Below, in pieces: positions 28,933 to 35,792 of a stretch of 64,000 nucleotides of DNA. The translations under genes were made by a program, and so were the position numbers. Source of the stretch: Candidatus Onthoplasma sp. (GTDB lineage: Bacteria; Bacillota; Clostridia; Christensenellales; UBA1242); the NCBI GenBank assembly GCA_045578345.1, contig JAZNKB010000007.1, positions 85,150 through 149,149 of the forward strand. Direction: 5' to 3'. How positions within the stretch are numbered: position 1 is the first letter of the stretch; every line of letters begins with the position of its first letter. The notes beneath the pieces are model-generated. The model was given only the letters and a program-made list of their open reading frames with translations, was not told where the DNA came from and searched no databases.

Positions 28933-29448
28933 ATGAATTTTGAAAATGTGGAAGTGAGAATAAATAAACCCTATCCAGAACTTGTGGATGTTAAAGAAGA
29001 TGTGACAACCGTGTCGGTTCTAAAGAATCTTATTTCTAGCAGAGCGGGTGAAGTTGCTGGTGTTTTGCAATATATTTATCAATCGGTTATTGCTGGCAAA
29101 ACTCATGAAAACATATCTGAGATTTTTGAAGAAATTGGCATTGTGGAAATGATGCATTTGGATATGCTCATGCACGCAGTATCTCTTTTTGGTGGTGTTC
29201 CCAAATATGAAGATGCGCAAGGAAATTTTTTTAACACAGCAAACATTAATTATTCAATAAAATTAAAAGAAATATTAGACAACAATATTCGTGCTGAAAG
29301 CAATGGAATTGAAAATTATCAAATGGCAATGAGCAAAGTTAAAAATCAAAGTTTAAAGGATTTGTTTGCGCGAATAATTGAGGATGAACAGCATCACCTT
29401 GAAATCTTTAAAAGAATTCGAGATAATGTTGAATTTATGTCTGTTTAA
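28933..29448 (+). CDS. ferritin-like di-iron protein (rubrerythrin/Mn-catalase-like superfamily)
   Basis: Two ExxH motifs (VEMMH, EDEQHH) in a four-helix pattern. RBS AGAGGAG. Confidence 0.7.
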   Translation: MNFENVEVRINKPYPELVDVKEDVTTVSVLKNLISSRAGEVAGVLQYIYQSVIAGKTHENISEIFEEIGIVEMMHLDMLMHAVSLFGGVPKYEDAQGNFFNTANINYSIKLKEILDNNIRAESNGIENYQMAMSKVKNQSLKDLFARIIEDEQHHLEIFKRIRDNVEFMSV

Positions 29449-29461
29449 AAGATGAAATTTG

Positions 29462-29470
29462 TGATATAAT
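29462..29470 (+). promoter_or_regulatory. extended -10 promoter 6 nt before an ATG (leaderless candidate)
   Basis: TGaTATAAT (29462-29470); ATG at 29477; no SD. Confidence 0.5.
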
Positions 29471-29476
29471 TAAATT

Positions 29477-29884
29477 ATGATTAATTATATTGATAATGAA
29501 AATAGTTTGGTTGATATAATAAACTTCGTGGACAGTTTTGACATTTTTATTAATGGCAAAAAAGAACAAGTTTCAAAACAAAATCCGAAATTTGAAATTC
29601 TGATTTCACGATTGGAAAATTTGTTTCAATCATCTCATTTAATGCCAGCATTTGGGGTTAGTATGCATGATGAAACACAAAATGAGCTAAAAGAAAATAA
29701 GTGGCTTAAGATTAATTTTAACCAAAATTTAACAAAAAATGGTTTGGATTTTTCCGCTTTGTTATTTAAACTTGAAGAAACTTCCGGTTTTAATTTAATT
29801 AGGGAATTTAACAATAGTTACGATGGCAGATGTTTATATTTAGACTTGGATGAAAAAACAGATTTAAAAGAATTTTTCAAATAA
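29477..29884 (+). CDS. hypothetical protein (135 aa)
   Basis: ORF track. No family recognised. Confidence 0.5.
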   Translation: MINYIDNENSLVDIINFVDSFDIFINGKKEQVSKQNPKFEILISRLENLFQSSHLMPAFGVSMHDETQNELKENKWLKINFNQNLTKNGLDFSALLFKLEETSGFNLIREFNNSYDGRCLYLDLDEKTDLKEFFK

Positions 29885-29894
29885 AAACAAGAAC

Positions 29895-29927
29895 AAAAAA
29901 ATTCATGGAAAACCATGATTTTTTTTA
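29895..29927. terminator. bidirectional intrinsic terminator
   Basis: A-run, TCATGG-aaaa-CCATGA, T8. Confidence 0.75.
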
Positions 29928-29928
29928 G

Positions 29929-30765
29929 TTATAAAATATTTAAGTTTTTTAGTAATTCTGTTGAAGAAATTTCTGGCAAAATGAATTTACAGTTGGGTAG
30001 GTTGAAAAGATTTGTTTTGGAGTGTAATTCAATGATTTTGAAATTAAGAAAAGCTTTTTCCTTATGTTCTTTTAAGAGTGAGTTGAGTTTCCCTGCAATT
30101 TGGTCAATGTTGTTATAGATATTAATCAAATCTCCAAATTGCTGAATTAATTTACTTGCGGTCACACACCCAATGCCATTAATTCCTTTTATGTTATCAG
30201 AGTTATCCCCAACAAGTGCTTTAAATGTGGAAAAATGTTTTGCATCAAAACCGAATTTATTATTAATTTCAGCTTCAGTCCAAAGTTTGCTGACTTTTCC
30301 GCGATAAACAAAAACATTAACGTTTTCGCATATTAGTTGGAAAAAATCTTTATCTTGAGAAGAAACTATGATTTCAAATTTATCTTTGTTGTCATGAATT
30401 ACGCTTGCAATCAAATCATCTGCTTCACAATCAAAGGTTTCAAACCATTGAATGTTTATATAACTTAAAACTTTTTTTATAATTTCAAGTTGTATAAACG
30501 GATTATCAATATCTTCAACATTGCTAAAATCCTGTCTGTTTGCTTTGTAATCAGTGTCAAAATCTTTTCTTTCGAGTTTGGTTTCTCCGTCAAACACAAC
30601 AAAAACATGCGTTGGATTTATCATTCTTATGATTTTAAAAAGAATTCCCATAAAACAAATAACCGCTTCAACGTATTCGCCTTGTTGGTTTTGAATTTTT
30701 TTAGGCATGCCATAAAAAGATTGGAACAAAAGTGAGCAACCGTCAACAATTAACAACTTTTTCAT
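29929..30765 (-). CDS. 5'-3' exonuclease (FEN/Pol I N-terminal domain family)
   Basis: LLIVDGCSLLFQSFYG, FDG..R..YKANR, ADDLIAS, SSQDKDFFQL, GDNSDNIKGINGIG. Start moved to MKKLLIVDG. Confidence 0.88.
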   Translation of the reverse strand: MKKLLIVDGCSLLFQSFYGMPKKIQNQQGEYVEAVICFMGILFKIIRMINPTHVFVVFDGETKLERKDFDTDYKANRQDFSNVEDIDNPFIQLEIIKKVLSYINIQWFETFDCEADDLIASVIHDNKDKFEIIVSSQDKDFFQLICENVNVFVYRGKVSKLWTEAEINNKFGFDAKHFSTFKALVGDNSDNIKGINGIGCVTASKLIQQFGDLINIYNNIDQIAGKLNSLLKEHKEKAFLNFKIIELHSKTNLFNLPNCKFILPEISSTELLKNLNIL

Positions 30766-30772
30766 AAAATCA

Positions 30773-30781
30773 ATTATATCA
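30773..30781 (-). promoter_or_regulatory. extended -10 promoter 7 nt before the exonuclease ATG (leaderless candidate)
   Basis: The minus strand reads TGaTATAAT then tgatttt then ATG. No SD. Confidence 0.5.
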
Positions 30782-30820
30782 CATTTTAAATGAATGTACA
30801 TTGATTTTTAAACATAAGAT

Positions 30821-30849
30821 TTGATTTTTAATTTAAGTTGTGTTATAAT
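30821..30849 (+). promoter_or_regulatory. sigma-A type promoter for the tRNA
   Basis: TTGATT (30821-30826), 17-nt spacer ending in TGt, TATAAT (30844-30849). Confidence 0.65.
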
Positions 30850-30866
30850 AAAAGTGCGCTTATTAT

Positions 30867-30941
30867 GTTCCCATAGTTAAACGGATATAACAAGCCCCTC
30901 CTAAGGGCTAGTTAGAGGTTCGATTCCTCTTGGGAACGCCA
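30867..30941 (+). tRNA. tRNA-Arg (anticodon CCT), CCA encoded
   Basis: Hand-folded cloverleaf: acceptor GTTCCCA/TGGGAAC, D stem GTTA/TAAC, anticodon stem AGCCC/GGGCT with loop CTCCTAA, T arm AGAGG-TTCGATT-CCTCT, discriminator G, CCA. Confidence 0.93.
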
Positions 30942-30950
30942 AATATAAAT

Positions 30951-30969
30951 AAGCGTTAAGGAAACGCTT
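30951..30969 (+). promoter_or_regulatory. hairpin presenting the SD in its loop, abutting the start codon
   Basis: AAGCGTT-AAGGA-AACGCTT immediately followed by the ATG at 30970. Confidence 0.4.
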
Positions 30970-32343
30970 ATGGTTAAAGAAAAAGTTAAAAACACAATTT
31001 CTAATTGGAGAAATCAAATTATTGGACTAAAAGATAATAAAACATTTTTGGTATGCGCTTTTTTAACAGTTGTATATCTCATAAGTGGATATTGGAAATG
31101 GCTTGAAATTGCGGTAAGTTTATTTGCATTAGTTTTTATGATAATCTTACCATTGCAAAGTTCATTTTGTGTTTTCTTGTACGTACATAATTTCACTCTG
31201 AGCAATATTAGTTTTGATTCCTGTTTTATGGTAACACTGATTGGCTATTGCTTAATTTTATTTGTTAAGTATTGTTTGGGTGTTAAAAAAGGAAAGTATA
31301 TTTTCTACAAAAAACTTGTGTGTGCATTGTCTGCATTTTTACTGGTCAGTTTTGTAATTAGTTGTTTCTATGGTTTCTACCGTGGAGCATGGTTATATTT
31401 AACTTACATTCCTTGCATTTATTTAGTATACGCAATGAAAGATGAATTCGACATTGTTCAGGGAATGAACTATCTGTTTGGTGGAATGGTTGCAAGTAAT
31501 TTACTTGCAATTATAACCTTGATTTTTCCGGGTTTTCAATATGTGGTTTTTCTTGACGATAGATTCCATGGATTTACAAATCATCCAAATTACGCATATA
31601 TGCGAGCTATGTTTGTTTTGGCTTATTATATGTATCGCTATTTATACAAAGACTTAACTCATTTGCAGTTTGGAGGCGTTTATTTAGTTTGTGGAGTCAT
31701 AACACTCGCAACCTTGTCAAAAACAGGAATAGGGATGTTGGGTTTAATGACTTTGATTTTCATTGTGTTGTATTTAAAGCAAGACTTTAAAAAGAACATC
31801 AAAGTTGTTGGTGTTTTCGCAGTTGGATTAGTTTTGATTCTTTTGGTATGTTATAAATTTGTTGATACAATTATTGACAGATTTATGGCATCCTTTGAAA
31901 GCAAAAATTTTTGGAATTCGCTTTTAACAGGAAGAGATGATATTTGGAAAGATTACTTGTATGAATGTTTTGAAAACCCAATTAAGTTCTTATTTGGGCA
32001 TGGAATATTAAGTAATGAAGTGTTTATTCACGCTCAAGGCAAAACAAGAGCAAGCCATAATTTATATATTTTTATGCTATATCGTTTCGGTCTTGTTGGG
32101 TGCATTGCAATTGCTTGGATATTGGTTAAATCGTTTAGGCAGGTTAAAACTAGACCAAGTTTAATTTCATATTTGCCACTCATATTCATTTTGGTTGAAA
32201 GTTTGTTTGATAACACTTTCGAATGGAATCATTTTACATATTTCATTTTCGCAGTTATGATTTTATTTATAAGTAACAACAAAGAGAATAAGGAAATTGA
32301 AAACAAGGTTGAAAATTCAACAGTTGAAGAAAAAAAAGAGTAA
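30970..32343 (+). CDS. O-antigen ligase/polymerase (Wzy_C) family membrane protein
   Basis: About 11 TM segments, a central loop region and a hydrophilic tail. Family call is from topology and pattern only. Confidence 0.65.
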   Translation: MVKEKVKNTISNWRNQIIGLKDNKTFLVCAFLTVVYLISGYWKWLEIAVSLFALVFMIILPLQSSFCVFLYVHNFTLSNISFDSCFMVTLIGYCLILFVKYCLGVKKGKYIFYKKLVCALSAFLLVSFVISCFYGFYRGAWLYLTYIPCIYLVYAMKDEFDIVQGMNYLFGGMVASNLLAIITLIFPGFQYVVFLDDRFHGFTNHPNYAYMRAMFVLAYYMYRYLYKDLTHLQFGGVYLVCGVITLATLSKTGIGMLGLMTLIFIVLYLKQDFKKNIKVVGVFAVGLVLILLVCYKFVDTIIDRFMASFESKNFWNSLLTGRDDIWKDYLYECFENPIKFLFGHGILSNEVFIHAQGKTRASHNLYIFMLYRFGLVGCIAIAWILVKSFRQVKTRPSLISYLPLIFILVESLFDNTFEWNHFTYFIFAVMILFISNNKENKEIENKVENSTVEEKKE

Positions 32344-32357
32344 TAAACTCTTTTTTT
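32331..32357. terminator. bidirectional intrinsic terminator
   Basis: A7-AGAGT-aataa-ACTCT-T7. Confidence 0.75.
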
Positions 32358-32391
32358 GTTGTGCTGAAATAGATTTTCATTAGAAAATATT

Positions 32392-33396
32392 TTATAAATT
32401 CATGCGTGCTATACGTAAGTTGTACTCGAAATCAGATTTTAGTTGTTGGATTTTATATTCGTCCCAATCGTGAGTCCACTTTAATGCTTCTTCACAAAGA
32501 GATATTCCCTCTAAACATTGACTAATTATAAACTGTTCATTTGAATGAGAGAAGAAAGAACAAGAATTGTTTATATAAGTTACATATTGATCAACAACTG
32601 CTATTCTTGCTTCTTCTTTTTCATCTACAAGTTCAGGTTCTCCATCTGCCCAATCATAGGCGTATTGATACCACTCAAGTGAATCTTTTGGATACGTATA
32701 AGTATAATATTGCCCTCTTTCCATGCCGGTTTCATAGTTTCTTTTGCATTTTTCAAGGTGTTCAGCTTGTTCTTGTTTGCGCATTATTTCCTGTTGTCGA
32801 TAATATTCTTGACGTTCAGCTTCACGTTCAGCTTCTTCTTGAGCTCTTTGTTCTTCAAGAATGCGTCTAATGTTCCTCTCTCTTTTAAGGCAGATTGAAT
32901 CTATGTCGGTTTTCATTGCTTTTTTATGACCGATAATCAAAGTTTGCATGCCATCGCAATAAGTTTCTTTTCCGTTAACATTAACAAATAATTCTGATTC
33001 GTTTAAAGGGGATTCCATAAATTTAAAGCTATCATTTTTGTGAAATCTTGCGGTGCAACAAGCTGTGTCAGCATCAGTATAATAACCTTCATTAAACAAA
33101 TCATCATATGCCATAAAGTTGGAATAAGCAGAATATCCATAGAAATAACAACAAATTGTTGATAAGTTTTCCAACATTCTTTCAACGTCTTTCCAATTCT
33201 CGTTAACACGACCGTTTTTTTGAACAATTTTGTGCATTTTTTCAAACAACTTTTTTGCCAAGTTGTAAGCATTGTCCAAACATTCTTTTAAATCATCAAG
33301 TTCTTCATCTTGAATTGATTCAATGATTTTATCGTATGATTTTTTTAATTTTCTGTAATTTAATTCATCAATCATATTAAATAATTTATCAAACAT
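32392..33396 (-). CDS. hypothetical Cys-rich protein with a central charged coiled coil
   Basis: ORF track. Start moved to MFDKLF behind GAAGGAGAG. No family recognised. Confidence 0.55.
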   Translation of the reverse strand: MFDKLFNMIDELNYRKLKKSYDKIIESIQDEELDDLKECLDNAYNLAKKLFEKMHKIVQKNGRVNENWKDVERMLENLSTICCYFYGYSAYSNFMAYDDLFNEGYYTDADTACCTARFHKNDSFKFMESPLNESELFVNVNGKETYCDGMQTLIIGHKKAMKTDIDSICLKRERNIRRILEEQRAQEEAEREAERQEYYRQQEIMRKQEQAEHLEKCKRNYETGMERGQYYTYTYPKDSLEWYQYAYDWADGEPELVDEKEEARIAVVDQYVTYINNSCSFFSHSNEQFIISQCLEGISLCEEALKWTHDWDEYKIQQLKSDFEYNLRIARMNL

Positions 33397-33491
33397 TCTA
33401 ATTCTCTCCTTCGAGTTAAGTATAAAACACAAAAAGCAAAATGTCAATATGTGATTTAAATTGTGTTTAAGTTAAAATAAAAGAAAATCTA

Positions 33492-33520
33492 TTGACAAAA
33501 CAATTTTTTTGATTTAGAAT
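33492..33520 (+). promoter_or_regulatory. sigma-A type promoter of the T-box leader
   Basis: TTGACA (33492-33497), 17-nt spacer, TAGAAT (33515-33520). Confidence 0.7.
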
Positions 33521-33559
33521 AATATCAATAGGTAAAACTATTAATAAAAAACTTAATAA

Positions 33560-33940
33560 AAACTGTGAAGATGTGTTCAGTAGTAATTTTGCTTTCATAA
33601 AGGGAGAGTGGTCGGCGATTGAGAGCCACTTATGTTCAGGTGAATTTACGAATTTCAGCATTGGAGTTGCACTCGGTAAACTTTAATTGTTAGATTAAAG
33701 GTTAAGAGTTGCCAGATAAAACTGTGAAAATAAAATGAGGCAAATGTTACTTTAAAAAAGTTGTGCAAAATTCTCAGGGTTCCCACAAGTTGAATAACGC
33801 AGTGGGAAAGTGAGCAAACGAGCACAAGTCGAAATTTGTAAATTAATTTACAAATGAGTTGAAGCGAGAATTTGCGAACTATTAGGTGGTACCACGAAAT
33901 TGATATAATCTCGTCCTATTAATTTAGGGCGAGTTTTTTG
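33560..33940 (+). promoter_or_regulatory. T-box riboswitch leader, probable Phe specifier
   Basis: Conserved T-box ATTAGGTGGTACCACG (33881-33896). Terminator CTCGTCCTA-6nt-TAGGGCGAG plus T6 (33910-33939). Stem-I-like AGAGTGG / GGTGAA elements. GAAT-TTC-A at 33654-33656 is the candidate UUC specifier. Confidence 0.85.
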
Positions 33941-33956
33941 TTTAAAAGGAGAAGAA

Positions 33957-34646
33957 ATGCAAGAACTGAAATTTTTAGGTTGTGGCGGGGCAACAAACGT
34001 TGAAATGGGTGGCAATTGTGCATTTTTAAAACATCAAAACAATTTGTTGTTGATTGATTGTTGTGAAGATGCAACAAAAAAATTGATTGATAAAAATTTG
34101 TTTAATCAGGTTGATAACATCTTTATTGTTCTTACGCATATGCATTTTGATCATATTGCTGGTATTGGAACATTGATTTGGTTTTGTAACTTTAGATTAA
34201 ACCTAAAACCAAAAATAATAATCAATTCTAAAACTTTCAAAAGAAAGTTAATTAAATTATTTAAGCTCGGCGGAGTTAATCCTGAACGTGTTGAATTTAT
34301 TCCACAGACTGATTTCGCTTTTGATGACTTGACATTAGAAATGAGAAAAACAAATCACGCTGAAGAACTTGAGTGTTATGGAATAATGTTTAAGGATAAC
34401 ATTGGGAAATATTATTATAGTGGGGACACAAGAGACTTTGACAATATAAAACAATTAAGTTTAGATGAAGAATTAAGAACAATTTATTGTGAAGTTAGCG
34501 AAACTAGTCATGGTGTGCATTTATGTTATGACGATATAAAAACTTTAAACAAAGAAAAATTTGTTTTAATGCACTTTAACACAAAGGAACTTTTTGAACA
34601 AGTTGTTAAAGACGGCTACAAAGTTGCAACAATAGATAAACATTAA
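33957..34646 (+). CDS. MBL-fold metallo-hydrolase
   Basis: THMHFDHIAG (HxHxDH) motif. RBS AAAGGAG. First gene after the T-box. Confidence 0.8.
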   Translation: MQELKFLGCGGATNVEMGGNCAFLKHQNNLLLIDCCEDATKKLIDKNLFNQVDNIFIVLTHMHFDHIAGIGTLIWFCNFRLNLKPKIIINSKTFKRKLIKLFKLGGVNPERVEFIPQTDFAFDDLTLEMRKTNHAEELECYGIMFKDNIGKYYYSGDTRDFDNIKQLSLDEELRTIYCEVSETSHGVHLCYDDIKTLNKEKFVLMHFNTKELFEQVVKDGYKVATIDKH

Positions 34647-34746
34647 TTAAAAGGAGAAATTATATTGAAACAAGTTCAATATATATTCTCTTAAAATCTG
34701 CTTGTTATTTGCAAGCAAAACAACCAAATTTAAAAGGAGAAATTAT
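34647..34746 (+). repeat. copy E1 of an ~83-nt two-hairpin SD-duplicating repeat
   Basis: 17-nt TTAAAAGGAGAAATTAT occurs at 34647-34663 and 34730-34746. Between them: hairpin TATATTGAA-acaag-TTCAATATA (34661-34683) and hairpin TGCTTG-7nt-CAAGCA (34699-34717). Confidence 0.8.
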
Positions 34747-35776
34747 GCAAGATAGAATTAATGAAATTTTAAGTTACACAAAGGAAAAATTAGAAACAAT
34801 CACAAGTAGTAACGAATGCCAAAATTTACGTGTTGAAATTTTGGGCAAAAGCGGAAAAATCACAGCGCTTTTCCGTTTCATGAAAGAAGTGCCAGCGGAA
34901 GAAAAAGGCAAAGTTGGCGCAATGTTAAACAATGCAAAAAATGATGCTGAAAAATTAATCAGCGCAAAGGAAGTGTTTTTGGAGCAAGCAGAGCTAGAAA
35001 AGGAAATCAATTCTGCTGAAAAGATAGATATAACTTTACCATGTGAACACAAAGTCGGAAGTCTTCATCCAAGAACAATAATTCAAAAGCAAATTGAAGA
35101 TGTTTTCATCTCAATGGGCTTTGTTGTTGAAGATGGAAACGAAGTTGAAACTGAATATAACAACTTCACTTCCGTAAACGTTCCTGAAAATCATCCTGCA
35201 AGGGACATGCAAGACACATTCTGGCTTGATAACGGTCAAGTTTTGAAAACGCAAACATCTGCTGCTCAAAACAAGATTTTGAAAAAATATCCTGTGCCAA
35301 TCAGAGCAATTTTCCCAGGCCGTTGTTTTAGAAATGAAGACATTGACGCAAGTCACGAAAACACATTCTTCCAACTTGAAGGTGTTATTGTTGATAAGGA
35401 TGTTTCAGTTGGAAACCTTATTTACTTCATGAAAGAAATGTTATCTAAGATATTCAAAAAAGATGTTGAAGTGCGTCTTCGCCCAGGATTTTTCCCATTC
35501 ACAGAGCCAAGTTTCGAAATGGATGTAAAGTGTCCATTCTGTGACGGAAAAGGTTGCCCAACCTGTAAAAATGGTGGTTGGATTGAACTTTGCCCATGTG
35601 GTATGATTCACCCTAACGTTTTAAGAAATGGTGGCGTTGACCCTGAAAAATATTCAGGTTGCGCTTTCGGTCTTGGACTTGACCGTATGGTAATGCTAAG
35701 TTTAGGACTCAAAGACATTCGTGATTTAAACAGCGGAAACTTGAAACTGCTTAATCAGTTTAAGTTGGACGTTTAA
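34745..35776 (+). CDS. pheS: phenylalanine--tRNA ligase alpha subunit
   Basis: Typical PheS N-terminal coiled coil and class II core (FRNEDIDASHENTFFQLEG, GLGLDRMVML). The ATG at 34745 lies behind AAAGGAG. Confidence 0.95.
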   Translation: MQDRINEILSYTKEKLETITSSNECQNLRVEILGKSGKITALFRFMKEVPAEEKGKVGAMLNNAKNDAEKLISAKEVFLEQAELEKEINSAEKIDITLPCEHKVGSLHPRTIIQKQIEDVFISMGFVVEDGNEVETEYNNFTSVNVPENHPARDMQDTFWLDNGQVLKTQTSAAQNKILKKYPVPIRAIFPGRCFRNEDIDASHENTFFQLEGVIVDKDVSVGNLIYFMKEMLSKIFKKDVEVRLRPGFFPFTEPSFEMDVKCPFCDGKGCPTCKNGGWIELCPCGMIHPNVLRNGGVDPEKYSGCAFGLGLDRMVMLSLGLKDIRDLNSGNLKLLNQFKLDV

Positions 35777-35792
35777 AAGGAGTAGATGAAAA

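Noticed and set aside
33467-33661. 64-aa minus-strand ORF
   Set aside because: It lies antisense across the T-box promoter and stem I, has no RBS, and the region is explained by the leader RNA.
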